Translations under genes and position numbers: made by a program
Part shown: in pieces, positions 12,851 through 26,189 of the stretch
How positions within the stretch are numbered: position 1 is the stretch's first letter
Layout of the letters: the number at the start of each line of letters is the position of its first letter
Assembly: GCA_964016885.1 (NCBI GenBank)
Contig: OZ024743.1
Coordinates: 97,650,001-97,714,000 of the forward strand
Reading direction: 5' to 3'
Source of the DNA: Eledone cirrhosa
Lineage: Eukaryota
Length of the DNA stretch: 64,000 nt
The notes under the pieces: generated by a model
Database searches by the model: none
Told to the model about the DNA's origin: nothing
Seen by the model: the letters and a program-made list of their open reading frames with translations, nothing else

Positions 12851-13554
12851 TGATCCGATAATCCTTTGAGTACTCAGGGGAAACTCCACAGTAATAAGAC
12901 TCACTACTTACCCATATTAAATGAATACGTATATATATGTGTGTGTATAGGTGTGGGGGGTTCTCCGTGAAAAATGGAAAGAATTAAGTTTGGAGAGGAA
13001 AGTTTAAAACATGATTGCACAAGCAGTATTATAGCTTCTAGATGTCACAATATTCTGGAACATACCTGCATTAATTAAATTTGTGCTATATTTATTATAT
13101 GTATTCAAATTTACTTTCCTATTACAAATGCTGTTTCAGCAATTCCAACAAAATAAACGTGTATGTTTATATCTGGTCTGTAGGCCTACTAGAAACAGTA
13201 GCCAGATTTCCTATACATCATACCACCCGTCTTTAAGAAGACGTGTGATGATGATGTATTCCAAAACATCGCTGGTCATGGCTTGAATGAATTTGTCACT
13301 TTTATTCAAGCTCTTCGAAAACGAGACTTAAGTGAGGCTAAATAACTCCACCACTACCAACAACACCAACAACAACAACATTACTGGAGTGCTTCTCAGT
13401 CTTTTTACCTTAGTGATGCACTACAGATGAAACTTTTATAAAACAGGAACACAGCATATGGAAAATATAAAACTAAACCCATTAAACATTTAACATGTCG
13501 AACAAATATTAAAAGCCTATTACATATCTAGCTTTCTCCATATTTACTTTCTCC

Positions 13555-13900
13555 AGCCTCAACCTGGTGCAGTCTGCGACTAAGCCAGGTTCTGCTGCAC
13601 GTCGGGCTGAGGAGGCCAAACTCTTCAAATACCGGTCGCTCTCCGACAGGGTTGTGGTTCTACCCTTGGCAATGGGGACTTTTGGAGTCCTCGGCCCTAA
13701 GGCTACCTCCCTACTCACCACCATAGGTGCTGAGCTGGCCAGCAGCAGGTGTGAGCCCCGCGAGCTGGAATGGATTTTCCAGCGCATCTCCCTTGCCGTT
13801 CTCCGGGGAAATGCTTTCTCTATTCTGTCCGCCAGGGCTGTAGGGAGGCCACCAATATGATTGACTGATTTGTCATTTTATCAGTCAGATACTCACTCAT
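13555..13900 (+). mobile_element. CRE-like non-LTR retrotransposon 3' end (RLE C-terminus)
   Basis: ORF 13567..13860: AARRAEEAKLFKY...PLAMGTFGVLG...FQRISLAVLRGNA; second copy at 54128-54335. Confidence 0.7.
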
Positions 13901-14093
13901 CCACTCTTCCACTCTGCCCGCCATCTAGCTTTATCAATCATACTTCTGGGTAACAAAATGATAGTTAAACCGTGTTTTTTTAAGACGTTCATTTATAAGT
14001 AAATATTTTCTAATGCTTTACATTATTTAAAATTCCGTGTTACAAAAACGTTGTACCTTGCAGGGCACTCTTTGAAAACGTGCATCTTAAAAA

Positions 14094-14308
14094 TAATGGT
14101 TTCTTATATAGGCACAAGGTCAGCAATTTTGGGGGAGGGGAAAGTCTATTAAATCAACCCCAGTGCGTGACTGGTACTTTATTATATCGACGCCGTAAGG
14201 ATGAAAGGCAAAGCTAACCTCGGCGGGATTTGAACTGAGGTCATAAAGGGCCGAAACTCTTTGCTGCAAAGCATGGCGTCCGACCCTCTACCGATACTGC
14301 CAATCCAT
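14094..14308 (-). mobile_element. tRNA-derived SINE (main family)
   Basis: Minus: tggcagtatcggtag A-box, gttcaaatccc B-box, gcctttcatcctta..gtcgatat/aaataaagtaccag core, gaaaccattatt tail. Confidence 0.85.
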
Positions 14309-14857
14309 TTGCGTCTTAAAAATAATGTGATGGTGTTGTTATTGTTGCTGCTGTTGTAGTTACTGTGATTATTGTGATTGTTGTCATCGTTGGTGTTTTC
14401 ATCCCTAAACAAAAAGACGTTATTAAAGAAGTTCTGGCTGGAAGTATTCCGTTCTTTTCATATCCAATATCTCCTTCTTTATTTTGGGTGTAAATTAAGA
14501 GAGTGTTGCCTGCTTAAGCTAACAGACTGGACGAGCATGGCGAAGTTCATTTGTTGGAACATATTGCAGTACATTTTGATTGTAAATTAATATACACTTT
14601 CTTCATTATATAGACTTCCCAGTACAAAATATACGATAACGATGAACAATAGGAAAGTAAAAAATGTGTGAAGCTGCTATATTTGGAATTCATATAAGCA
14701 CGTATTATTTCCCGTCTAAATATCAGATCTAGATATCTAAATTTAGGTAATTCGTCTGTTATATTATAAGATAGGAAATTAAGACAAAATACTCATGCTA
14801 TGTGCTTAACATTATACAAGGCTGAATATATGATATCAATATGACGTGTTTTGTGCG

Positions 14858-15032
14858 TGCTATCGGTAGAGGGTTAGACATGCTTTCCAGCAGAGTTACG
14901 TCCCTTTACGATCTGAGTTCAAATCCCGCCGCGGTTAACTTTGCCTTTCATCCTTGCGGGGTCGATAAAATAAAGTACCAGTAATGTACTGGGTAATGGT
15001 TGGCCTTGTGCCAAATGTAGAAACAATTATTA
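14858..15032 (+). mobile_element. tRNA-derived SINE (main family)
   Basis: Same consensus, followed by (TAG)n. Confidence 0.85.
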
Positions 15033-15333
15033 TTAGTAGTAGTAGTAGTAGTAGTAGCATCAGCATCAGCAGCAGTAGTAGTAGTAGTAGTAAAAACCTT
15101 AAGGAGTGCTGGATAGCAGGTCTTCAGAGAACACTCCTCTACCTAATTCCTTGATTTTCGAGTTTGGTCCTTATATTATCCCTCTCTTTTGTTAGTAAAT
15201 GTTACGGGATATAAAAGCAAACAGAAACACAGATGTAAACATATGCACACTCCATCACACACAAATACACACACACACATATATATATATACATATATAT
15301 ATGTGTGTATCTGTGGGGGGGGGTATGCATGTA

Positions 15334-15510
15334 CGTGGCTTAGTGGGTGAAACGTTGGCTTCATAATCGTATATTCAGAGTTCGATCCCATTGTGTCCTT
15401 GTACCTTTCTCTCATACGACATCTATGACGTTCGGAAGGGGGGGGGGCTGGTATACATGGGTGACTTCCACAAAACACCTTGCTCAGACTCATGCCTCGG
15501 AGGAGAAATG
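15334..15510 (+). mobile_element. Degenerate tRNA-SINE
   Basis: gtggcttagtgg...gagttcgatccc A/B boxes. Confidence 0.5.
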
Positions 15511-15919
15511 TCTTGGAGCAACACCATAACCATTACCGACCAAAGGGAATCTTTACTATTTTATGATATTAGAATACATAAATTAAACTGGGATTTTTCA
15601 ACTGCCCCTCATATAACGAATAAAAGTCTCCGCATAACATTTGAAAACAATAAAACCAAAAAGATTATGGTACGTAACAGCTATGACATTATTTATTGTA
15701 GGTGATCCTTCCGTCCCTTTTGTGTTATCAGAGCTTTGACTCTTTATTTTTTTATCACGTTATTATTTTGTAAATAACTTTCCCAGGAACGTTTAAAAGG
15801 AAATATTCTTACATTACGGTATCTCTCCCAGTAATAATTGCATATGGTTGTAGTTCAATCGTAGATGACAAACATAATATCAATTTACAATCCGTATGAT
15901 ACGCAAATAGAAATTTTCA

Positions 15920-16133
15920 ATAATGGTTTCTACTATAGGCACAAGGCCAGTAAGAGGGGAAATTCGATTAAATCAACCCCAGTGCATTACTGGTGCATTA
16001 TTTTATCGACCCCGTAAAGATGAAAGGCAAAGCTAACCTCAGCAGGATTTGGACTCAGAACGTAAAGATCCATAACTCTATGTTACAAAGCATAGTGTCC
16101 GACGATCTAGCGATACTGCCAGTTCACCGCCCT
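15920..16133 (-). mobile_element. tRNA-derived SINE (main family)
   Basis: Consensus match, full length. Confidence 0.85.
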
Positions 16134-19100
16134 TAGAAATTCTCAGTAATAAAATATTTGTTTTTTTCCCAACACAGAGTGATGAACATATATAACAGTC
16201 GTTTACTTTGCCAAGGTTACTCTCTTTGCTTATTTTGTATTATTACAGTATCAAATCGAACTCCCGAAATATAAACAGTATTATTACAGCTAACGTCAGA
16301 ATATTATTTTGCTTGAGTTTCAGTTAGACGTCATGCACAATACAGTTCTGGATATTTCTTCTCTTGTCCAGACTTCGAACCATGCTACTGAAACAACAAC
16401 GAGACATAATGACAACTGTGTACGTATCTCTCTTCTAGAAACGAAACACAGCAGTAGGAGGTTAATGCCTTTGGAAAGTTTATGATATTAGCCTAGCGCT
16501 TCGCTCAGTGATTTTGTAGTCAATTAAATGACTTAGTAGAATTCAACTCTCATATATGTGTAGTATTATTTAAAGATTTAAGTCCCAAAACAGTATTCAT
16601 CGAATCCTATTTTCTCCCTAACTCATCAACCTCCATTTTAATTGTGTTTTCACCCCTAAATTTGTCCAACTATAGTCTAAACCCAGCTCATGTCTCAAAC
16701 AACTGAATTCAATATATTCCTCTTGTTACCCTCTTTGTACAGAGCATGGTCTTTAGGGACCAGTGAATCAACCATAAAACCCATAATTTCCATAATCTTA
16801 TTCCTGACCAGATTCTTCTCTCCAAGGTTTAACTTAAACAATTCCAAGGAATATTGTCTCAACTTTTTAGGATTTATCAGAACTTCATCATACTGGACTT
16901 AACAAAATTGCTGACAATGAATCTTCTCTTCTTCCGGCTTATTCCTTGAAAAATTAATTAACTAAACAATATTGCAGTTTGTTTACAAATTATAATATTT
17001 TCTTCAATACTTTTTCTTAGAAGGAATATTCTCAGCTATGCTTTTCATGTCAATAAACGTCATTTTGACATGTTAACCTCCTCGGCGTGGTTTCCTATCC
17101 ATTAACATGGCGGAAGCACCAGAAGACATGAAGTTATGCTCTAGCCAACAACATTAACAGACAGTTAACGATAAATTATTTTTAAAAGAATAAAAATAAG
17201 ATTTTGCAATATTCAATGAAATAAGATATTATATAAAGTCTGGAGAAAATTAAGTGTCGAAATATTTTTGAAAGGAAACAAAAGAATTTAAATATGTGGT
17301 CAACGCCTTCAATTATAATTCCTTTTGTAGAAGCTAGAAAATGTCAAAAAAGGAATCTACATCAAGTAAAATATATCCTAAAGTATATATTTTTTCTGTT
17401 ATCATTTTTTTCTAACAAAACTATTTTTTATCTAGAGCACTGCATGTCACATATGATTCTGTTTCCCATCTCAAATGATAATGTTGCACTATATTTAAGC
17501 AGCTGATATAGTTGCGAAGGGAAAATATTCTCAACACTCCATTGATTTATCTAAAACTTTCAGGCTTGATTCCAAACAAATCCCGGAGAAAGTTGATACG
17601 TATTTATTGCAAGAAAAATGCAAAGACATTTCAAAACTGTGAAAAAGATATTGATGAAATTAAATATATATATGTGTGTGTGTGTGTGAATCCATATATG
17701 TATTTACATACATATATATATCACATGCATATATATGTGTGTGTATGTGTGTATGTGTGAGTGCGTGTGTTTGTGTTTGCGTGTTTGTGTGTGTGTGTGA
17801 AGTTGTACATAATATAGATTAAATTCATTTCGAGACAACTAAATATATGAGTTACATTTATATATTAAAGTATAATTTCAAATTTATTTTATAGCTTTTT
17901 ATATACATTTCTAATTGATTTCACATTGGATACAGGATTAAAATGTCGAACAGTTGCTATCTATTGTACTGCATTAATCCAAAATTACAGCAAACTCCAC
18001 ACAATAGCTGAACTCTATGTGTGTGTTTGTTTGGGGGTACATATGTGCGCTTGCATGTATGTGTGTGCATGCGTGTATGTATGCATGTGTGTGTATGCGT
18101 GCGCGCGTGTATGTATTTATTTACCCCATAGAGGTTTAAGATATGTTACACACAAACGTTTACTCAGTTTTATCGATTTCAAATGATAAATAATATTGCT
18201 CCTTTCAGGAACTATAGCAGTTGACAACTGCTTCCTTTCTCCTCTGGCTTTTATTTGCTAGGAAATCTCTGCTAGAGATTTGTTTTCTCTTTTGCCTTGT
18301 TGTCGTTTTTGTTTTTATTCGCCGAATGGGCATTAATCTTGCAACGAACGAACATATTCAGGCCACAAAATACAGATAACTCCTACCATTACTTTTTCTT
18401 CTATTGCATAGTCACTTATGAAAGACAGGCGAGGGAATATGTAGTTATTGCTAGCAGATGTTTACATTGTATCTGCACTGGCCTCACAGTCAAACTATCG
18501 ACAGATACCATCATGCTGAATTAATCGAAATAGGGAAATACTGGAGAACAATATTCAAAGATTTTATCGTGAAACATACAGACCTACTTCATTTTTTAAT
18601 AGTTCAATGTCGGGCATGTAGGTCCCTAGTATCGGACCAATCAATTTTCTGTATTTAAATGAATCTTACTGAAAGTATTCTTTCTGTGATATCGTATTTC
18701 CATCTTCCAATTATTTTCATCGATTGAGAAGCCTTAGAGTAGGAAAACATATTTCTACTCCATTTTGAATGGCTTTAAAACATATACACGTACATATTTA
18801 TATATACATGTAACACATACACACACACACATATGTATATGACTATATATACGACAGATATATATATATATATATACACTACTGATATATGTATATGTTT
18901 ATGTAATTGATGACTGACATCTCGATGTTCGTATAGAAGCTACAGGGATAAATTTAAGATTATATTTCAAACCGCTGAGAAAATGCAGTGGTTCCATCCA
19001 AATTTTAAAACCATCAATGTTTACTACCGTTACCTGTGAGATATTTAATACAAACCTATAAACAGTTGTGTAACATAACATATTGTTACTTGACAGAAAT

Positions 19101-19194
19101 TACTGAAATAACTGAGATGAATGTATAATATGTACATAGAACCATATGCATAGTTTTCAAATACACATATTTATAGACTGCATTATCTCTCATT

Positions 19195-20718
19195 AAGAAT
19201 GGGTTTTTAGGGAAGTGAATTGGGAGAATCGGTAGAACATCGGACAATATGGTTTGCGGCATTGAGTTACGGCTCTTTACGTTCTCACTCCAAATCCCGC
19301 TGAGGTTAGCTTGGATTTCATAATGATGGGGTCGATAAAATAAAGCACCAGTAATGAACAAGGGTCGATTCAATCGACTTCCCCTCACCTAAAATTGTTG
19401 GTATTGTGCCTAAATTAGAAACCATTATTTAAGATGGTTTTTGGGCGGTGGATTGGCAGTATCGGTGGAGGGTCGGACACCATGCTTTCCAGCATAGTTA
19501 CGTCCCTTTACGATCTGAGTTCAAATCCTGCCGAGGTTGACTTTGCCTTTCATCCTTACGGGGTCGATAAAATAACGTACCAGTAATGCACTGGGTAATT
19601 GCTGGCCTTGTGCCTAAAGTAGAAACAATTATTTAAGAAGGTTTTTACTTCACTTTCTCAAAATATGCCAAACTAGAATTTTACAATTCTTTGTGTATGA
19701 GAAAATAGATATAGACAGATAACTAAATAGACAGGTAGATATACGACTACTACACTGCCTCGTCTACTACTACTAATACTAATAAAAATATTAATAATAA
19801 AAATAATTGTTTCTACTTTTGGCACAAGGCCAGCAACTACTCAGTACATTACTGGTACTTTATTTTATCGACCTCGTAAGGATGAAAGGCAAAGTTAACA
19901 TCGGCGGGATTTGAACTTAGATCGTAAAGGGACGTAACTATGCTGGAAAGCACGTCTGACCCTCTACCGATACTGCCAAATGATATCTACTATAAGCCAG
20001 CAATTTGGGGAGGGGGAAAGTCGATTAAATCGACTCCAGTTTGTTACTGGTATTTTATTTTATCGAACCCGTAAGGATGAAAGGCATAGTTAAACTTGGC
20101 GGCATTTGAACTCAGAACGTAAAGGGCCGTAACAGTGTGCTACGATGCAGGGTGTCCTGTGCACTACCGCTACTGTTAATCTACCGCCAAAATAACAATA
20201 ATAATTTCTAATATAGGCACAAGGGCAGCAATTTGGGGAAAGAGGAAAGTCGAATATATCGACCCAGTGCATTACTGGTACTTTATTTTATCGACCCCAC
20301 AAGGATGAAAGGCAAATCTAATCTCGGAAGGATTTGAACTCAGACCGTAAAGGAGCGTAACTCTATGCTGCAAAGCAGGGTGTCCGGCGCTCTAACGATA
20401 CTGCCAATATGTCTATGACTACATATGGTGACTTAAAATGCAATTATCATGAGGCGGGATTATACAAGGTGTAGGTATCTAAGTACAAACAATCCATATA
20501 GAAACTGCATTATTTGTACACAAAGTGCGGTGAATTGGCACTAGCGGTAGAGGATCGGACGCCATTCCTTTCACCATGGAGTTACGCCCCTTTACGGTCT
20601 GAGTTCAAATCCCGTCGAGGTTAACTTTGCTTTTCACCCTTACGGGGTCGATAAAATAAAGTACCAGTAATGTACTGTGTAATTGCTGGCCTTGTGCCAA
20701 AAGTAGAAACAATTATTA
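19195..20718. mobile_element. Cluster of six main-family SINEs: + ~19210-19430, + ~19444-19632, - 19803-19980, - 19985-20190, - 20200-20408, + 20526-20718
   Basis: Six consensus matches in tandem and inverted arrangement. Confidence 0.85.
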
Positions 20719-20953
20719 ATTGATTAACTTATCATTGGTGTTGTTTGTACTATATGTTTGTACGATATGTTTTCATTTATATATACTTCGCAGCAAATCT
20801 TTGAGAAGCGGTGACATGAGATTTCCTTTCTGCGAGAAAAACAAAGTACATTAAATTACTCGACATATATATACATGTTTGCATAAGCGGGTGTAGGCAT
20901 ATATATGCATACACATACACCCACACACACATATATACACACAGACCCCCCGC

Positions 20954-20986
<33 letters not shown>

Positions 20987-20987
<1 letters not shown>

Positions 20988-21790
20988 AGCAAAAGGTATA
21001 TTTAATTTGTTGGTAATTCAAGAAATATAAATGTTTATAACTGATTCGAATCACTCGACAGATTTTCTGGAGTATAATATTCAATGATATTAAATAAATG
21101 GAAACTATATTTATAAAACCATATTTATTCTATTATATATGTTTCAAGGGTACCAAAACTTTGGTACGCTTTCATCAGATAAAATACAGAGTTGCTTTTA
21201 TAAATATTGACATAGCCAGGAAGATCTTAACGGTTCAAGTTTTTCCTGGATAGTAAAAGGAAAGAAGGGAAAGAGAAGAAAAGTCAAATATTTCAATTAT
21301 TAAGATGAGTATGCAAATGAGGTTGAGGTATAGGGCTGAAAAAAAACGTTATTTGTAGACGCTAGGTAGATTTAAATAATTATTAGGATATATGTATGTA
21401 TGTGTAAGAAGAAAATACAGAAAGAAAGAAGAGCTTGTATTAATGTTAATTTAAAAAGAATTAACAGTTTATAGGAATGGTGGAATATGATTCCAGAATT
21501 TAAACAATTATTTAGCTATTTTATGAGTTATAATATTATATATATATTCAATTAGATTATATGAAATATTATGGTTGTAAGTACATTTTATCTTATTACA
21601 TTAGAACAGGTTGTAAGTATATAAATATCTATATAGATTAATAATTGTGCAAGTATAAGTATTATTGGTGATTTTATAGAAATAAACCACAAGTATTAAT
21701 TGTTTATATTTCTCATATGAGTTACGAAGGATGTTGATTTTACATTTTACATATATATTTATATACCAGTACGAAAGAAATGATGTGTAA
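20987..21790 (-). mobile_element. Decayed PLE-like 3' fragment with hammerhead
   Basis: HHR at 21126-21186, pyrimidine-rich UTR-like segment on the minus strand, TA tract at the 3' end; possible VYKYIC remnant near 21750-21770 is weak. Confidence 0.5.
21126..21186 (-). ncRNA. Type-I hammerhead ribozyme motif, intact core
   Basis: Minus: tattttat CTGATGA aagcgtaccaaa-gt-tttggtaccctt GAAA catata TA atagaata; 8-bp stem I, long stem II. Confidence 0.8.
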
Positions 21791-21809
21791 GTGAGAGTGA
21801 GAGAGAGGG

Positions 21810-21844
<35 letters not shown>

Positions 21845-21846
<2 letters not shown>

Positions 21847-22300
21847 CATTATGAAGAGAGAAGAAACATTTAGATATAATTAGTAATAAAATGTATCATA
21901 CCTAAACTTATCATTGGTGTTGTTTGTACTATATGTTTGTACGATATGTTTTCATTTATATATACTTCGCAGCAAATCTTTGAGAAGCGGTGACATGAGA
22001 TTTCCTTTCTGCGAGAAAGACAAAGTACATTAAATTACTCGACATATATATACATGTTTGCAAGGACTCTATATCTTTGATATATTGTTTTTGTTTATGC
22101 CACGAAACTACGTAGTCGAGGAATTTAGGAACAGTTTAGGTATGATACATTTTATTACTAATTATATCTAAATGTTTCTTCTCTCTTCATAATGTATTTT
22201 TAACTCTGATACTGGTTCAGTCTAGTTCAAACTGAATTGGTCTGTCCCAGTCATTCATTGAGCAACATCGGTGAAGTTGGCACCCTTAACTCACAGTTGG
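21845..22300 (+). mobile_element. Fold-back element enclosing a captured 158-bp local duplication
   Basis: Arms 21845-21908 / 22133-22196; 21905-22062 duplicates 20726-20883; GAAAC-tacgta-GTC half-hammerhead at 22104-22117. Confidence 0.7.
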
Positions 22301-22353
22301 GTGCGGATGCATTCATGTATATATGTGTGTGTCCGCATGTATCTGTGTGTTTC

Positions 22354-22445
<92 letters not shown>

Positions 22446-22806
22446 TTTATAGTTTAATGGTTTGTAACTTTATGTTTCTATTGGTTCACCAACTTCAGCA
22501 CTCGATGACTAGGTGATTCAGGTTTATTATAGTATGTGGTTTTGTACATTTGGTATAAGGTTTTAGTGTCTTGCGACCAACTTGGGTGCTTTACTTTCAA
22601 TGACGTTAAATCATGCTATGGTGTGAAAGATTTTGTTGAATCGAGTCTTCAATCCCAATCTCTACTTCAAACATCTGATGAAAGGGATGCAGGTCTTTAT
22701 TTATAAGGCTGAATAAGACTGATGATCGCTCTTCTTCATAAGCAGAGTGTTAAAATAATAATGAGTAGAAACGAGGTCTCAAAGTAACATCATTAAATTT
22801 ATTCAG

Positions 22807-22893
22807 GTGTGACATCTGTTTCCCAATTGATCAGGTCATGGTACGATCCGTATCGATCGGGCCCAACTCTGGATTCAATAGTTCACCAGACTC
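22807..22893 (-). ncRNA. Long-stem-II hammerhead motif (A6G), family D
   Basis: Minus: gt CTGGTGA actattga...tcaattgg GAAAC agat GTC ac; homologous to 52854-52936. Confidence 0.55.
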
Positions 22894-23436
22894 GTGGCTT
22901 CCATAATGATTGGAGATATCTACGTACAGCTTTAAATTACTATTTCTCATTCACTTGAAGTATTCTCTTGTTCTTTGTTTTGATTGGTTGGTTCCAAGAG
23001 AGAAGAGAATGGAAAAGGTAGAAAGGAAAGGAATAGAGATAAAAAGAGAAAGGAAAGACCAGTGAGTGAGAAAAGGAAGAAAGAAAAGCAGAAAGAAAAT
23101 AAGGCTAAAAAGAAGATGAAGGGAAGTATTGGGTCAGAGTAAAAAGGTGTGAAGGTGATGGTGGAGACAAGGTAAGGATTAAGGGGTGATAGTTAGAGAT
23201 AAGAATTAGGCAACAGAGAACAAAGAAAAGAAAAAAGAGAGGAAAAGAAGACAAAAGGGAATGTGGTTTGGAAGTGAGAGGTAGGGAAAGGGAGATAATA
23301 AAGTAAAATGCAACAAAATGTCGAGATGAAAAGGCCTAAATATAGAAAAAAAATTAAATGGCAACGTAAAATTGTTATAAGTGTAAATATAAAATTATAA
23401 AATCAAGAATAAATAGAATATAATTGAGAGGAATAT

Positions 23437-24110
23437 AATTGTTTCTACTCTTTGGCACAAGGCCAGCAATTACCCCAGTACATTACTGGTACTTTTATTT
23501 TATCGACACCGTAAGGATGAAAGGCAAAGTTAACCTCGGCGGGATTTGAACTCAGAATGGCAAGGGCCGTAACTCTATGCATCAAAGCATGGCGTCCGAC
23601 CCTCTACTGATACTGCCATGCCATATAATAGATAGAAATAAAGAATTAACTATAAGAAAGTAACAGAGTGAAAAGGAAAATAAGTACAAGTATAAATGAC
23701 AGTAAGATGAAATAATAATTGTTTCTACTTTCGGTACAAGGCTAGGAATTACCCCAGTACATTACTGGTACTTTATTTTATCGACCCCGTAAGGATGAAA
23801 AGCAAAGTTACCCTCGGCGGGATTTGGACTCGGAACGTAAAGGGCTATAACTCTATGCACCAAAGTACGGTGCCTGACGCTCTACCGATACTGCCAATCC
23901 ACCGTAAGATAAAATAATAATTGTTTCTACTTTTGGCACAAGGCCAGCAATTATGCCAGTGCATTAGTGGTACTTTATTTTATTGACTCCGTAAGGATGA
24001 AAGGCAAAGTTAACCTCGGCGGGATTTGAACTCAGACCGTAAAGGGCCGTAACTCTATGCTGCGAAGCATAGCGTCATACCCTCTACCGATACTGCCAAT
24101 CCACCGCCCT
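23437..24110 (-). mobile_element. Three main-family SINEs: 23437-23618, 23712-23905, 23914-24110
   Basis: Consensus matches in the same orientation. Confidence 0.85.
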
Positions 24111-24410
24111 AAGATTGGGTCCTTAGACTCTTTGAAGTGGCAGGCTCGGTTGAAGTGTCCCAGGTCACTCCGTTGGCAACAGACACGTGTCATTAGATGT
24201 GTCCGACACACATCCTGGCGCCGTGTGCTATACTTGTATAGGTACCCGTGCACACGCACACACATATATACATACACGCATGTGTGTTGACAGGTTCCAC
24301 ACTCACGCGTGCACATCCATCCATAGACACACGTGCACGTACAGGCACACACACATACATTCTCCCATGCGGACACACGCGTCGACTTGAGATTATACTT
24401 AGGAGACTTG

Positions 24411-24463
<53 letters not shown>

Positions 24464-25091
24464 CGCATACATGTAATGAAAGCATTCAATCCATGTTAAT
24501 AAATATGCCATATTTAATTATGGAATCCAATAATATCTTATTCGATATTTACTCCTATTACAGAGTAATTATTCTGGTTTTCGTTTAATTAAAATTCATT
24601 CAATATGAATAAAAACAACTTTGATATGATCATTTTAATCAGTTTCGACTGAACTGAGGAAAAACACCCCCTTGAAAATGTGACATAATATCTTGTTAAA
24701 TTCTTGTTAAATTCTGTCTTGTCAGATTCAATAACCTAGCAAAGAGTTTCGATTCATTTGCTGAACAAATTTTGTTTAATAGCCTCTAATTTCATTGCTC
24801 TTTTATGTGACGAAATAATGACAATTTGAATTGAATATTTCCAACGAGCAAACTGGCTGTGTGGATACGATTTTCATTTTTCAAATGGTTTCTATCTTGT
24901 CAACATGTACTTTGTTGTCACTATAACCAATTTCATCAGTTCTTTAATTCATTGGTTAATTCCAGCTATGGTGATCCCATTCCACCTAGTCTACTCCAAC
25001 TTGCACTTGTAGTAAATCTTTCTATCTTTCTTTCTTTACACACACACGCACACACAGATACACACACACACAGACACACGCACACACACAG

Positions 25092-25131
<40 letters not shown>

Positions 25132-25143
25132 ATGTGTGTGTTA

Positions 25144-26050
25144 GAGTGACCCTTAGCAATACGTAATTTTCCGAAAGTTAAATTGCTGCTGCTCCCACCC
25201 GCTAATCCTGTTTTAATCAAACAAAACCGGATGTGCAAAATTTCAGCTCAACCGAACAACTGGTAGGTGACCCTCAAACACCTTGAAGTTGGAACATAGT
25301 ATATGGAACGATTAATTCTGTTCAAAGGCGGTATACTGTTCCCTATCTCGACCATTTTCTTCTTTCTCTTTAGAGAAATTTATGTGAGCATATCCAGGCA
25401 ACCCCAGCAAATGTTTAAAAACGTTCTGAATCAAATTTACCAATAGTTAATGTGAAAAATTCCTGAAATAACATGAAAACTTAAGAAATATTAGGTTTTC
25501 TTAATAACGCACACAACTTCTATGAGGGAAAGGTATTTTTATTTACAACGATAATTTCTGTAGAATCAAAAACATAATGTGAACACTGAATATTGAACAT
25601 TACTGGCAGTATCGGTAGAGGGTCGGACGCCATGCTTTGACGCATAGAGTTACGGCCCTTTCCATTCTGAGTTCAAATCCCGCCGAAGTTAACTTTGCCT
25701 TTCATCCTTACGGGGTCGATAAAATAAAGTACCAGTAATACACTGGAGAATTGCTGGCCATGTGCCAGCCAAAAGTAGAAACAATTATTTTTGCATAAGA
25801 GAAGATTTAGTGGCAGTTGGGTAGGTTTTACGGTTTTCGGTAACGATCTGTAAAACAAATTGTTTCTCAGTTTCATCTTTTGTGAGAATGTTATTGTAAT
25901 CCTGAATGAGTTTGACACCCCTTTCTGCAACATCATTCACAACAACTGTCTTCTCAAGTTTTTCAAGCCCACTTTTGTAACCAGGATCACCCTTCCATGT
26001 TGGAGGGTCTTTGTTGAGGGAATTGGTGCTGATAAAAATTCTCGGGAAGA
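25144..26050 (-). mobile_element. Sola2-like DNA transposon 3' remnant (transposase C-terminus plus terminal repeat)
   Basis: ORF 25785..26165 contains LNKDPPTW..DPGY...VVVNDVAERGVKLIQDY..LTKDE..KQFVLQIV..NRK; terminus gagtgacccttagcaatacgtaattttccgaaag matches the MITE end at 27633. Confidence 0.65.
25603..25789 (+). mobile_element. Main-family SINE inserted in the Sola2-like remnant
   Basis: Consensus match. Confidence 0.85.
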
Positions 26051-26189
26051 AAGTTCTTCTACCAAGAGTTACAAAAGACGAAAACTCGATGTTTGTAAAG
26101 GAAGAAAAGTCATTTTGGTTGTTTTTTTCTTCTTCCTCTTCTTCACCTTTGTCTGCTTCCAGCATAACTTGAGCAATATTTGCCTTAAC

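Noticed and set aside
14094-14308. tRNA genes suggested by A/B boxes in SINE heads
   Set aside because: No complete cloverleaf; the heads are fused to SINE core and tail in many copies.
22676-22730. Two CTGATGA strings in a TA-adjacent segment
   Set aside because: No downstream GAAA with a closing stem II found.
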